Part shown: piece after piece, positions 1-13,325 of the stretch
Numbering within the stretch: position 1 is the first letter of the stretch
Layout: the number at the start of each line of letters is the position of its first letter
NCBI RefSeq assembly: GCF_000757865.1
Contig: NZ_CP007754.1
Coordinates: forward strand, 1,530,001-1,562,000
DNA length: 32,000 nucleotides
Source: Prochlorococcus sp. MIT 0801
Lineage (GTDB): Bacteria > Cyanobacteriota > Cyanobacteriia > PCC-6307 > Cyanobiaceae
Reading direction: 5' to 3'
The notes under the pieces: generated by a model
What the model saw: only the letters and a program-made list of their open reading frames with translations
Told to the model about the DNA's origin: nothing
Databases searched by the model: none
Translations under genes and position numbers: made by a program

Positions 1-515
1 TACAAAAAATAAGAAAAAGAGTAGGAATGGTTTTTCAACAATTCAATTTATTCCCTCATCTCTCAATCCTTGAAAACATCACTCTCGCTCCAGTACATGT
101 GCAAAAACGTCGTCAAGCTGAAGCGGAAGAATATGGCATGTATCTTTTAAATCAAATGGGAATAGATTCACATGCAAAAAAATACCCAAGTCAACTTAGC
201 GGAGGAGAGCAACAAAGAGTAGCCATCGCTAGAGCTTTAGCCTTAAAGCCTGAACTACTTCTATTTGATGAACCCACTAGCGCTCTAGATCCAGAACGAA
301 TCAACGAAGTACTCGATGCAATGAGAAAACTTGCTCAGCAAGGAATGACAATGGTTGTAGTAACACATGAAATTGGTTTTGCTAAAGACGTAAGTGATCA
401 AGTTTTATTTATGGATTCAGGTAAAGTCATAGAAACATCTCCTCCAAATATCTTCTTTTCTAATGCAAGACACGAGAGAAGTAGAAAGTTTCTAAACCAG
501 CTTGATAAACAGTAG
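1..515 (+). CDS. ABC transporter ATP-binding protein, polar amino-acid (GlnQ/HisP-like) type; 5' end lies outside the window
   Basis: The frame is open to the window edge (..QKIRKRVGMVFQQFNLFPHLS). It shows a Q-loop, the ABC signature LSGGEQQRVAIARAL, Walker B LLLFDEPTSALD and H-loop VVVTHE. Walker A would lie upstream of the window. Confidence 0.85.
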   Translation, partial: QKIRKRVGMVFQQFNLFPHLSILENITLAPVHVQKRRQAEAEEYGMYLLNQMGIDSHAKKYPSQLSGGEQQRVAIARALALKPELLLFDEPTSALDPERINEVLDAMRKLAQQGMTMVVVTHEIGFAKDVSDQVLFMDSGKVIETSPPNIFFSNARHERSRKFLNQLDKQ

Positions 516-799
516 CGAGTCTCCTTCTTATCATATATCCAATTCAAAGGAGTTTCATCACAAGTCCTTTTCGGCCGATTTTTGATTCCTATTTCCTTAA
601 TCATACTTTTAGGGCAAGGGAAGGTAACTAATATCGACGCAGAAAAGTAGTTATATAGACTTCTTTATAGCTAAAAATCAAAACCGTTACATTTGCTTTT
701 TCAAGCTTTGACAGAAATGTTTGAAGTCAAATTAAGAATCGAGCTAGAGCTCAATCTCCTCATAGGGGATAATGTAAAGAGATAGAAGCTATAACAAGT

Positions 800-821
800 T
801 TCATTCGAACTTCATTCGAAC
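800..821 (+). repeat. Tandem direct duplication of the 11-mer TTCATTCGAAC (2 copies)
   Basis: Read directly: ttcattcgaac at 800-810 and again at 811-821, about 25 nt upstream of the EVE-domain gene start. Confidence 0.9.
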
Positions 822-846
822 TTAACATTTTCGCTGAGATTCCACC

Positions 847-1320
847 ATGGCACTTGAAGAGATTAACTATTGGCTAATGAAGAGTGAGCCAAATGCTTAC
901 AGTATTAAAGATTTAAAAAAAGAAGAAGAAACTCTCTGGGATGGAATTCGAAATTATCAGGCTAGAAACTTTATGAGGTCAATGGAAATTGGTGATCAAG
1001 CTTTTTTTTATCATTCAAATACTAAACCCCCTGGAATAGTCGGCCTGATGGAAATTATTGCAAAAAACTTAATCGACCCATTTCAGTTTGATGAAAGTTC
1101 AAAGTATTTTGACAAAAAATCAAAAAAAGATAACCCTCGTTGGGATTGCGTCAAGACTAAATATATCTGTGAATTTAAAAATATGATTACTTTAAAGGAG
1201 CTATCTGAAACTTATACGTCTGAAGAACTCACTCTAGTTCGCAAAGGCAACAGGCTATCAATTATGCCAATTAATAAAGATATTGCTTTGGAGATTCTCA
1301 CAAAGCTAGAGAAAAATTAA
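847..1320 (+). CDS. EVE (PUA-like, DUF55/THYN1-like) domain protein
   Basis: 157 aa with ATG start. It carries WLMKSEPN...LWDGIRNYQARNFMRSMEIGDQAFFYHSN, typical of EVE domains. Confidence 0.7.
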   Translation: MALEEINYWLMKSEPNAYSIKDLKKEEETLWDGIRNYQARNFMRSMEIGDQAFFYHSNTKPPGIVGLMEIIAKNLIDPFQFDESSKYFDKKSKKDNPRWDCVKTKYICEFKNMITLKELSETYTSEELTLVRKGNRLSIMPINKDIALEILTKLEKN

Positions 1321-1321
1321 T

Positions 1322-1585
1322 TCAAAAAGAATGAGATCCAAACATATTTCCAATATAAAGACGCGTTATCAATCTGGAACTGATGCCATTTTGGATTAAA
1401 AACCCTGCAAGCGCAGCTTGTAAAAGTCTGTATTGATCCCAATTGGGATGTTTCTCAATGTAAACCTCCATTGCTTGTTGAATTTGCTTGGGTATTTCTG
1501 TTTGAAAACTAATTGTTTCCTCAGATTCCAAAACTTCCGGACTTTGGATCAAACTTTTATCTTCCATAAAATCAATATTATTCAT
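1322..1585 (-). CDS. Small conserved cyanobacterial protein (DUF2811-like)
   Basis: 87 aa. The C-terminal block HPNWDQYRLLQAALAGFLIQNG resembles the DUF2811 family as I recall it. It is convergent with the EVE gene, with a 1-nt spacer. Confidence 0.5.
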   Translation of the reverse strand: MNNIDFMEDKSLIQSPEVLESEETISFQTEIPKQIQQAMEVYIEKHPNWDQYRLLQAALAGFLIQNGISSRLITRLYIGNMFGSHSF

Positions 1586-1888
1586 TTGAAAAGCTCTTAG
1601 AAAATTTATTCCATCAGCAAACTACTACCAAAATCAGATCTATAAAAAATGCTTTCTCAGGCAATCTCATTCTCAAATTAAGTACTCAACTACTTTTCAA
1701 AAGAAACTATAAGAATTACTTATTATTAGCATTCGACTTATTTGATAGGCAAATTTAAATTATCAAACTCAGTTTTTTTCAACAGTAGGCAGTCCGGACT
1801 GAGTTAAGAGCATAAATCCTGTGGAAAAGATGTGAGTTTAATCCAGTTAGATTTGGGGAAAAATTGAAAAACTTTTTGTTACGTTCTC

Positions 1889-2269
1889 TCACAAATAGTC
1901 TGAATCCCACATTGTTCTCATGGCATTTTCAACATGTTTAGTCACATCTCTAGGCCAATAGACCTCTGCTCCTCGATTAAATAGACCACTAGCACTCAAG
2001 ATCAATCTAAGATTCCACCCATATTGATCACCTTTCAAAATTGCTAACCAAGGCCTACGTTCTAATTCCAAAGTTATATCCTCTTCACCCATTAATTGCT
2101 CCTTCACTAATTTGTATTGATCGCACAACTCTATTATTATCTCAACTAAAGTTTTCCATTCAGACTTATTCAACTCTATTGCCCAATCTTCTCCTCCTAT
2201 AAGCGTAGAAAAGTTATCTCTTGATGAATCAAAAATTATTCTCCAACCTGGACCTTCTTTTTTGATCAC
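1889..2269 (-). CDS. Conserved cyanobacterial hypothetical protein (DUF1818-like)
   Basis: 126 aa with a GTG start that directly abuts the rpoZ stop (2270-2272). N-terminus GPGWRIIFDSSRDNFSTLIGGEDWAIELNKSEW. The family name is from memory. Confidence 0.5.
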   Translation of the reverse strand: MIKKEGPGWRIIFDSSRDNFSTLIGGEDWAIELNKSEWKTLVEIIIELCDQYKLVKEQLMGEEDITLELERRPWLAILKGDQYGWNLRLILSASGLFNRGAEVYWPRDVTKHVENAMRTMWDSDYL

Positions 2270-2503
2270 CTAACCAGGTAATAAATCAGGTTGATCTTGT
2301 TCATCACTTAGTTCAATTATCGATCTTTGTACTGGCTTAACTGTGGATTCCTCTAAAAGTCCATCAAAATCATCAAATCTTCTTTGCTTTGCTCTAAAAG
2401 CAATCTTCACAGTAGTGAGGTAGCGATTAGTTGAGTGCCTGATGAGACTCTCGCCTCTTTTTGCTAAATCGTTGGAATTCAACCCTGAACCTGACTTAAT
2501 CAC
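2270..2503 (-). CDS. rpoZ: DNA-directed RNA polymerase subunit omega
   Basis: 77 aa with a GTG start. It contains [52 protein letters not shown], matching the cyanobacterial omega subunit. Confidence 0.85.
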   Translation of the reverse strand: MIKSGSGLNSNDLAKRGESLIRHSTNRYLTTVKIAFRAKQRRFDDFDGLLEESTVKPVQRSIIELSDEQDQPDLLPG

Positions 2504-2609
2504 ACTTAAAATTTATTGTTGATTCATTCTAGGAGATAATCATTCATTTCTATATTTTTCTCAAAATAATAAGATTGATGTTAGTTTTTCTAGACTAACT
2601 TGTTCCTGA

Positions 2610-4274
2610 TTGAGTCTTGTTGCACCTATTAAAAATTCACTAAGCAAGATGGAAAAAAATAACATTGATCAATCCGAAAACATCTTTCCACCTGAAATCA
2701 ACAAAAATGTTTTTGGAACATTAGCCATCGATTTAGGAAGTTCAACAACAGTAGTTGTTTTCCAAAAAGAAAATGGGCAACCTCCTGAACTTTTAGATCT
2801 ACCTCCAATTAGTCGATCTCCTGGAGAGATACCAAGCTTAATTTGGAAGTTATCAGAAAAAGAAGAATCCTATTTAATTGGTCAACAAATTATAGATTTA
2901 AATCTCATTAATGAAAAAGACAATAACTTAAGTCAAGATTTTAAAAGATGGATAGGATCTACGGAAATTGAACCTATATATGATTCAAAAATCACACCAG
3001 AAAAAGCAGGTGAGATTTTAATTCACAATATATGGGGGGAAGTCTCAAAGAAGGTAAACATCAAAAGACTAGTATTAACTTCTCCAGTAGATACCTATCG
3101 AGAATATAGAACTTGGTTAGTCAATGTATGTAATTCCTTAGAAGTAAAAGAGATTGCTTTAGTTGACGAACCTACTGCTGCTGCCATGGGAGCTGGACTA
3201 GATCCAGGGTCAACATTACTTGTTTTAGATTTTGGAGGAAGCACAATTGACATGTCAATTGTTGCTTTAGAGGGAGGAGAGGGAAAAGCTTCACCAATTG
3301 CTCAGCTTGTTAGATTTGATGGCAATAATTTAGAGGGTAAAAGTACACAAGTTCTTCGCACAGCAAAAGTTCTTGGTAAATCAGGGCTTCGGTTAGGAGG
3401 AAAAGATATAGATAGATGGATATCTCATCATTTATTACCAGAAGAAAATCCAAACAATTCAATCTTGCGAAAGGCCGAGGAACTCAAATGTGAATTAAGT
3501 GATACTAATATAAAAGAGACGTTGGTTATCACTAAAAAAGTAAAAAATAATCAGAATGAAGAAAAGTTTTTAAAACTATCTAAGAAAGGACTTGAAGAAT
3601 TACTTTTAGAAAAAGGGCTCCTAAAAAGTATTGAAAATCTTTTCATAAAAACAATTAATATTGCAAAACGAAATTCATTTGAATTAAAAGATCTTGATAG
3701 CGTGGTCTTAGTCGGAGGAGGATCTCGCATACCTTTAATTAAAAATTATTTAAGTAATATCTGCAATTCCATCCCTTTTTTGACTCCTCCACCTATTGAA
3801 GCAATTGCATTGGGAGCATTAAACCTCACGCCAGGAGTTCAAATAAAAGATGTTCTTAATAAAGGGGTAAGTTTAAGATGCTGGAATAAAAAAAATGAAA
3901 AGCACATATGGCATCCTCTTTTTTTAGCCGGTCAAACATGGCCAACAAATAAGCCTTTAGAAATAATTTTAGCTGCAAGTATAAATAATCAATTAAGCAT
4001 AGATTTAATAATCGGAGAACCTATGGAAGAAGGATCAAATGAGATTGTTTATATTAATGGATTACCTACTTTAACAACAATAGAATCCAAGGATAAAATC
4101 AAGAAGATAGATAATACTATTATTTCAATCCCTTTGGATCCTCCTGGTAAAATTGGTCAAGATTGTATTAAATTAATTTTTAATATTAATGATAGTTGTC
4201 AACTTGAGGTTGAGGGTATCGATTTACGTAATAATAAACAGATAACAAGTCAAAATCTTGGAGAAATAAGATAA
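2610..4274 (+). CDS. Divergent Hsp70-family (DnaK-like) ATPase
   Basis: Actin-fold/Hsp70 motifs are present: AIDLGSSTTVVV (phosphate 1), LVDEPTAAAMGAGL, LLVLDFGGSTIDMSIV (phosphate 2) and VVLVGGGSRIPLIK (adenosine). The track start is TTG at 2610; an in-frame ATG at 2649 (MEKNN..) is an alternative start. Confidence 0.8.
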   Translation: MSLVAPIKNSLSKMEKNNIDQSENIFPPEINKNVFGTLAIDLGSSTTVVVFQKENGQPPELLDLPPISRSPGEIPSLIWKLSEKEESYLIGQQIIDLNLINEKDNNLSQDFKRWIGSTEIEPIYDSKITPEKAGEILIHNIWGEVSKKVNIKRLVLTSPVDTYREYRTWLVNVCNSLEVKEIALVDEPTAAAMGAGLDPGSTLLVLDFGGSTIDMSIVALEGGEGKASPIAQLVRFDGNNLEGKSTQVLRTAKVLGKSGLRLGGKDIDRWISHHLLPEENPNNSILRKAEELKCELSDTNIKETLVITKKVKNNQNEEKFLKLSKKGLEELLLEKGLLKSIENLFIKTINIAKRNSFELKDLDSVVLVGGGSRIPLIKNYLSNICNSIPFLTPPPIEAIALGALNLTPGVQIKDVLNKGVSLRCWNKKNEKHIWHPLFLAGQTWPTNKPLEIILAASINNQLSIDLIIGEPMEEGSNEIVYINGLPTLTTIESKDKIKKIDNTIISIPLDPPGKIGQDCIKLIFNINDSCQLEVEGIDLRNNKQITSQNLGEIR

Positions 4275-4312
4275 ATATTTTATGTTTTTTAATATTAATC
4301 ATATATAATTTT

Positions 4313-4847
4313 TCACACAATAAAGATACCTTCTTCACCATCAACTTCTCTCAATCTAAGATCAACGGTCTCATCTTTACTGGTTGGTAGTCATACATGT
4401 CCACAAAAATCTCCTTGAATTGGAAATTTTCGCTGGCCCCTATCAACCCCTTTTCGCCCTTCTTCCTCATGAATGTAGGGCTTCTAATGCAGCTTTGATC
4501 TTTTTTCTCCATTTCTATATGAAATCATCAATCAAAACAACCTCTCTATCATCAACTGAGGATGATAAATCAGTCACTTGGGCAATGTGAGTTCCTACCC
4601 TCGCAAGATCATCTCTATGAAAAGTAGAATCTAAGCAACCATTCTCAACTCGCTGATCAGCTAGTTCCTCTGTTTATTTTCTAATAATTTAGATAAATAA
4701 ACTCATCTAGTTGGTATTCCAACTAAGCAATAAAGAACTTATAGTTGGAGTTGTTTCCAAGATTTGAGAGGCTAATCTCTTTATCATTCTATCAAGTTCT
4801 TTTTTTGAGAGGATTTCTATCTCTTTATTTATGGCTTGATCTGACAT
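4313..4847 (-). pseudogene. pyrR: Decayed pyrR (pyrimidine regulatory protein / uracil phosphoribosyltransferase)
   Basis: PyrR-like text is recoverable only by splicing two frames: MSDQAINKEIEILSKKELDRMIKRLASQILE..SSLLL | LVGIPTR*VYLSKLLENKQ | EELADQRVENGCLDSTFHRDDLARVG..REVVLIDDFI*KWRKKIKAALEALHS*GRRAKRG | VDRGQRKFPIQGDFCGHV*LPTSKDETVDLRLREVDGEEGIFIV*. Frame changes occur near 4724, 4670 and 4447. In-path stops are at 4703-4705, 4515-4517, 4467-4469 and 4391-4393. Confidence 0.8.
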
Positions 4848-5009
4848 TTTTTAAAGTCCTAAAAATTTTATTTTTTCTTAGGAATAGCTGAAATACTTTT
4901 TTAATCTAATAGGGAAAAGCTAACCAAACATCAAAGTATTAGCCTCTTTGCCAATTAGGAAGTAATTTAATACAAAAGAAAACCATCAAAAGAAACAAAT
5001 TCACTTTGA

Positions 5010-6638
<1,629 letters not shown>

Positions 6639-6647
6639 AATAAAACA

Positions 6648-6878
6648 ATGATCATTCCTTTTTTATCTTGGGCATGGGCAATCTCAGGAGTTTTTCTAAT
6701 ACTACTAGTTCTTCTTCATAGCCCAAAAGGTGATGGGATGGGTGGCCTAGCCTCTAGTGGGAGTTCAATGTTTACGAGTGCAAGCAGTGCAGAATCGACC
6801 TTAAATAGAGCAACCTGGGCATGTCTTATCTTGTTTTTATCTCTTGCTGTTATTCTTAGCGCAGGATGGTTAAAGTAA
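6648..6878 (+). CDS. secG: Preprotein translocase subunit SecG
   Basis: 76 aa with two hydrophobic helices and the LLHSPKGDGMGG motif. It lies 9 nt downstream of gpmI. Confidence 0.85.
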   Translation: MIIPFLSWAWAISGVFLILLVLLHSPKGDGMGGLASSGSSMFTSASSAESTLNRATWACLILFLSLAVILSAGWLK

Positions 6879-6981
6879 ATTTATAGATTTATATTGTCTT
6901 ATTTTTCAACTCATATCAATATTATTCTTAGCTAACTATGAACTACATTTATTTAAAACCTAGAATACATATCTAAGTTTT

Positions 6982-7028
6982 CAAACAAAAAAAAGAGACT
7001 GTTAAAAACAATCTCTCTTTTTTGTTTG
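6982..7028. terminator. Long AT-rich hairpin, candidate bidirectional terminator between secG (+) and groEL (-)
   Basis: The arm caaacaaaaaaaagagactgtt, an aaa loop, and the arm aacaatctctcttttttgtttg give 20 of 22 complementary positions. An A-run and a T-run are built into the arms, so either strand ends in a U-tract. Confidence 0.6.
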
Positions 7029-7047
7029 ATTGAGTGAGAATGATTAT

Positions 7048-8679
7048 TTAGTAATCAAAATCACCACCCATTCCACCCCCTGCTGGGGAAGAATCTTTCT
7101 TCTCAGGTAGATCAGCAACTATGCATTCAGTGGTAAGAACCATTCCTGCTATTGAAGCAGCATTTTGCAAACCAGATCTTGTTACCTTCGCAGGATCAAC
7201 GATTCCAGCAGATAACATGTCTACATATTCACCAGTTGCAGCATTATAGCCATCATTGACCGGCTTAGATTTAACATTTTCTGCAACAACTGCTCCATTA
7301 GCCCCAGCATTTTCAGCTATGCGCATTAATGGAGATGTAAGAGCAGCTTCAACAATATTTGCACCGATTAATTCCTCACCTTGAAGATTGGAGGAGGACC
7401 AATCTCCCAATGCAGGAGCCAAATGAGCGAGTGTAGTTCCACCACCAGGAACAATGCCTTCTTCAACTGCAGCCTTAGTTGCGTTAATTGCATCCTCTAA
7501 TCGAAGTTTCTTATCTTTCATCTCAGTCTCAGTCGCAGCTCCAACCTTCACTACAGCCACTCCACCAGAAAGTTTAGCTAATCTTTCTTGCAGTTTTTCT
7601 TTGTCATAGGTTGAGTCGGTCTCATCCATCTGCTTCTTAATTTGTTCACATCTTGCTTTTACAGCTACTTCATTGCCTTCAGCAACAATTGTTGATGTGT
7701 CCTTATTGATTGTCACTCTCCTTGAAGTTCCGAGCATATCAAGAGTTGCATTCTCAAGTTTTAATCCTGCATCCTCAGTTATGAGTTGACCATTAGTTAG
7801 AACAGCCATATCTTCAAGCATCGCCTTTCTACGATCACCAAAACCAGGAGCCTTAACAGCTGCAACGTTTAGAACACCTCTTAAGCGATTGACGACTAAT
7901 GTAGCCAAAGCTTCTTTTTCTATATCTTCAGCAATGATTAGAAGAGGTTTACCGGTTTTAGCTACTTGCTCTAAAACTGGAACAAGATCTTGCACTAGGC
8001 CAATTTTTTTGTCAGTAAGCAAAATGTAAGGCTCATCCAATACTGCTTCCATTCTCTCAGTATCAGTTGCAAAGTAAGGAGAAATGTACCCCTTATCAAA
8101 GCGCATTCCTTCAGTGACCTCTAATTCTGTGGTCATTGATTTGCCCTCCTCTAAGGAAATTACTCCTTCTTTGCCAACTTTATCCATTGCATCAGCAATC
8201 ATCTTGCCGACTTCATCATCATTACCAGCAGCTATTGTTCCACATTGGGCAATAGCGTTACTGTCACTGATTGGTTTGGAATGATCTTTTATTTTTTCAA
8301 CCAGAAATTCAGTTGCTTTATCAATTCCTTTTTTTAAAGTGATGGCATTAGCACCTGCGGCAACGTTTTTCAAACCTGCTTTGACCATCGCATGAGCAAG
8401 AACAGTTGCGGTAGTTGTTCCATCGCCAGCAGCGTCATTAGTTTTTGAAGCTGCTTGACGAATGAGCGCAACTCCAGTGTTTTCAATGTGATCTTCGAGT
8501 TCGATCTCCTTAGCAATGGTTACACCATCATTGATTATTTGAGGTGCACCAAACTTTTTTTCTAGGACAACATTACGACCTTTTGGGCCTAAAGTTACCG
8601 CGACTGATTCAGCCAAAATGTCAATACCTCGCTCGAGTGCTCGGCGGGCTTGCTCGTTGTAAATGATGCGCTTAGCCAT
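7048..8679 (-). CDS. groEL: Chaperonin GroEL (60 kDa)
   Basis: 543 aa. Sequence [20 protein letters not shown].., [12 protein letters not shown] and the C-terminal GGMGGDFDY tail are unmistakably GroEL. Confidence 0.97.
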   Translation of the reverse strand: MAKRIIYNEQARRALERGIDILAESVAVTLGPKGRNVVLEKKFGAPQIINDGVTIAKEIELEDHIENTGVALIRQAASKTNDAAGDGTTTATVLAHAMVKAGLKNVAAGANAITLKKGIDKATEFLVEKIKDHSKPISDSNAIAQCGTIAAGNDDEVGKMIADAMDKVGKEGVISLEEGKSMTTELEVTEGMRFDKGYISPYFATDTERMEAVLDEPYILLTDKKIGLVQDLVPVLEQVAKTGKPLLIIAEDIEKEALATLVVNRLRGVLNVAAVKAPGFGDRRKAMLEDMAVLTNGQLITEDAGLKLENATLDMLGTSRRVTINKDTSTIVAEGNEVAVKARCEQIKKQMDETDSTYDKEKLQERLAKLSGGVAVVKVGAATETEMKDKKLRLEDAINATKAAVEEGIVPGGGTTLAHLAPALGDWSSSNLQGEELIGANIVEAALTSPLMRIAENAGANGAVVAENVKSKPVNDGYNAATGEYVDMLSAGIVDPAKVTRSGLQNAASIAGMVLTTECIVADLPEKKDSSPAGGGMGGDFDY

Positions 8680-8744
8680 AAGAGGCGATTTCCTTTGATT
8701 TCGAAAAGTTTTTTGGGTTTGGACTGCAGCTAAAAAGCTGAGTG

Positions 8745-9056
8745 TTAATTGACGACAGCCAAGATGTCTTTCTCAGATAAAAGAACATATTCATCACTGC
8801 CAAGTTTGATATCAGTACCTGCATACTTACTGTAGAGAACTTTGTCTCCAACACTAATTTCAGGAGATTGACGAGAGCCGTCTTCGTTGCGTTTGCCAGG
8901 TCCAACCTGAGCAACTTCGCCAACTTGAGGTTTCTCTTTAGCTGTGTCGGGAAGCAATATGCCTCCGGCTGTCTTCTCTTCTGACTCAGAAACTTTTACA
9001 AATACACGATCTCCAAGTGGCTTTACAGTGGAGACGCTGAGGGATACAGCTGCCAT
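8745..9056 (-). CDS. groES: Co-chaperonin GroES
   Basis: 103 aa with [12 protein letters not shown]...[19 protein letters not shown]. It sits directly upstream of groEL. Confidence 0.97.
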   Translation of the reverse strand: MAAVSLSVSTVKPLGDRVFVKVSESEEKTAGGILLPDTAKEKPQVGEVAQVGPGKRNEDGSRQSPEISVGDKVLYSKYAGTDIKLGSDEYVLLSEKDILAVVN

Positions 9057-9236
9057 AAATTAATGCAGGAGCAAAAAAACAAAAAAGCGCTTAGCGCAAA
9101 CTCGATAAAGAGTATTACTCATTACCAACCATTTCAATTTATGCCCGTAGGTACGCTCTAGACCACATTTATTCTGTGCGGTTGACCGAACACTAAAAAA
9201 AAATGCCTGTGGAGTGGTAGTCTTAGCCGCTGATAG

Positions 9237-10748
<1,512 letters not shown>

Positions 10749-10804
10749 ATCAATTTGTTTTGTTTAATTACCTCAACTCAACTTTTTTTTAAATTCCTCA
10801 AGAA

Positions 10805-11212
10805 ATGACTCTAACTCTACGAGTTCTTGCTCCTGATCAGAGCGTATTTGACGATACTGCTGATGAAATAATACTTCCAAGCACTACAGGTCTTTTGGGA
10901 GTATTACCTGGTCACATTTCAATGGTTACTGCTATTGATTTTGGTGTATTGAGGGTTTTAAAAAATGGTAATTGGGATTCAATTGCCCTAACTGGAGGTT
11001 TTGCAGAAGTTGAATCTAACGAAGTTACCGTTTTAGTAAATAAAGCTGAAATGGGTAAAAATATTGACTCTGGCAAAGCTGAAGCTGAATTAGAACAAGC
11101 TAAAAATCAACTAAGCCAAAACAAGGATCAAGGAAATTCTCCTGAAAAAATCAAAGCACAAGAAACATTGAACAAAGCAAAAGCTTGGTTTCAAGCATCA
11201 AAATCAAACTAA
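10805..11212 (+). CDS. atpC: F1 ATP synthase epsilon subunit
   Basis: 135 aa beginning LRVLAPDQSVFD...ILPSTTGLLGVLPGH. It lies immediately downstream of atpD. Confidence 0.93.
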   Translation: MTLTLRVLAPDQSVFDDTADEIILPSTTGLLGVLPGHISMVTAIDFGVLRVLKNGNWDSIALTGGFAEVESNEVTVLVNKAEMGKNIDSGKAEAELEQAKNQLSQNKDQGNSPEKIKAQETLNKAKAWFQASKSN

Positions 11213-11232
11213 GATTTTTAATGAATATTTTT

Positions 11233-11262
11233 CCTTGAACAAATATTTTGTTCAAGGTTTTT

Positions 11263-11264
<2 letters not shown>
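11233..11264 (+). terminator. Rho-independent terminator of the atpD-atpC operon
   Basis: A perfect 11-bp stem (ccttgaacaaa / tttgttcaagg) with a 3-nt loop is followed by seven T (11258-11264). It overlaps the stop codon of the convergent ycf65-like gene. Confidence 0.75.
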
Positions 11265-11772
<508 letters not shown>

Positions 11773-11972
11773 TCAACTAACTAACAAAGTTCTAACTTAA
11801 CAGGAACCAGGACATATTTGAATTAGTCAGGTGGGAATCCAAAAGGTTTTCTACTTTTGGACAATAATGGAATTTTAAAGAAGCAAAATATGTGGATGAA
11901 TTCATTCAAAAAAAAATGAACGGTTTTTAACTGATCAGATTATTTCCTAGAAAATAACTCAAAGAATTTAAA

Positions 11973-13325
11973 CTAATATTCCATGTCTGCCAAATTCTTA
12001 GCTGCTTTACTACTCAAAACTTCTAAGGAATCTTTTGTAACTAAAACATCATCCTCGATACGAATGCCGATACCTTTCCATCTTTGGTCTATCTCAGGCT
12101 GTCCTTTAGGAACCGCTAACCGATCACTAATATAAATGCCAGGTTCAACTGTCAATATCATTCCAGGTTCAAGATTTAAATGATAGTCACCAAGTCTATA
12201 AGCACCTACATCATGGACATCAAGACCTAACCAATGCCCTGTTCGATGCATGTATAAATGCGAGTAAGCTTGTTGTTCAATAATAGAATCCACATCGCCA
12301 ACGAGTAATCCAATATCAACTAAACCGCCAACTAGATATTTCAAGGCAGTCATATGTACGTTCTCAGCATTATCACCTGGACGAACACACTCAATTGCAG
12401 CTTTTTGAGCAATAAGAACAATTTCATATAAAGCTTTTTGCTCTCCAGAAAACTTTCCATTGACTGGAAATGTTCTTGTTATGTCACCGTTGTAATAGTC
12501 ATCTAAAGAGCAACCTGCATCTATCAAAACAAGGTCCCCACTCTCTATGGGTGAATTGTTTTCCGTGTAATGAAGCACACATGCATTATCACCTGATGCA
12601 ACTATTGAGCCATAAGCAGGTCCTCGAGTCCCCTTTTCAAGAAAGTATTTTTCTATCTGAGCTTGTAAATCTCTCTCATTCATGCCTGGGCGAGCAAACT
12701 CTCTAACTAATTCATGAGCCTCTGCAGAAATTTTTGATGCCATACGCATCCTTTCTATTTCAAAATCATCCTTACGAAGTCGCATATTGTGAAGTATTGG
12801 ACAAGGAGCAATCATGGATAATGGGGCTAAGCCACTTCTTGGAAGTTTTTGTAAATGCTCCGACCAAGTTTTTAAAACCAAAGGCTCAATATGCGGATGA
12901 TTCCCAATTCGAAAAGCAATTCCCTCTGCCCCCTCTAAATAATGAGCTAGAAGGCTTGGCAATTCATTCAAAGAGTGGGCGATGTCAACATCAAAACTTT
13001 CTAAAACTGCTTTTGTTCCCCATCTAAAGCCTGTCCAAACTTCTGCCGCAGACTCTTTAGGTAAGACGAATAGTATATATTGTTCCCCCTTGGGTTTATG
13101 AGGCAAAAACAAAGCCACTGCATTTGGCTCATCAAAACCTGTTAAATACCAAAAATCACTATTTTGCCTAAAGGGATATTCGCAATCTGCATGATGAGTA
13201 ACCAACTCTGCGGCTGGAATAATAGCCGCATAAGAACCTAAACGTGACAAAAACAAGTCTCTACGGCGATGAAAAACACTTAGATCAGCCACAAAAATAC
13301 TGCTATTTACACTTAAGGATGGCAA
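11973..13325 (-). CDS. pepP: Xaa-Pro aminopeptidase (M24B)
   Basis: Metal-ligand motifs LIDAG, YNGDITRT, HRTGHWLGLDVHD, LTVEPGIY and IRIEDD are present. There is no ATG near the N-terminus, so the start is TTG at 13325 or GTG at 13292. Confidence 0.85.
   Translation of the reverse strand: MPSLSVNSSIFVADLSVFHRRRDLFLSRLGSYAAIIPAAELVTHHADCEYPFRQNSDFWYLTGFDEPNAVALFLPHKPKGEQYILFVLPKESAAEVWTGFRWGTKAVLESFDVDIAHSLNELPSLLAHYLEGAEGIAFRIGNHPHIEPLVLKTWSEHLQKLPRSGLAPLSMIAPCPILHNMRLRKDDFEIERMRMASKISAEAHELVREFARPGMNERDLQAQIEKYFLEKGTRGPAYGSIVASGDNACVLHYTENNSPIESGDLVLIDAGCSLDDYYNGDITRTFPVNGKFSGEQKALYEIVLIAQKAAIECVRPGDNAENVHMTALKYLVGGLVDIGLLVGDVDSIIEQQAYSHLYMHRTGHWLGLDVHDVGAYRLGDYHLNLEPGMILTVEPGIYISDRLAVPKGQPEIDQRWKGIGIRIEDDVLVTKDSLEVLSSKAAKNLADMEY

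Noticed and set aside
4384-4590. 68-aa + strand ORF in the Hsp70-gpmI spacer
   Set aside because: It lies antisense to the pyrR pseudogene, has a TTG start and shows no recognisable motif. The minus-strand PyrR remnant explains the region better.
9091-9118. CIRCE-like (HrcA operator) sequence upstream of groES: TTAGCGCAA-N10-GAGTATTAC
   Set aside because: Each half matches the CIRCE consensus TTAGCACTC-N9-GAGTGCTAA at only 6 of 9 positions. The spacer is 10 nt rather than 9, and the two arms are barely complementary to each other (about 2 of 9). It is not a credible inverted-repeat operator. At best it is an eroded remnant.
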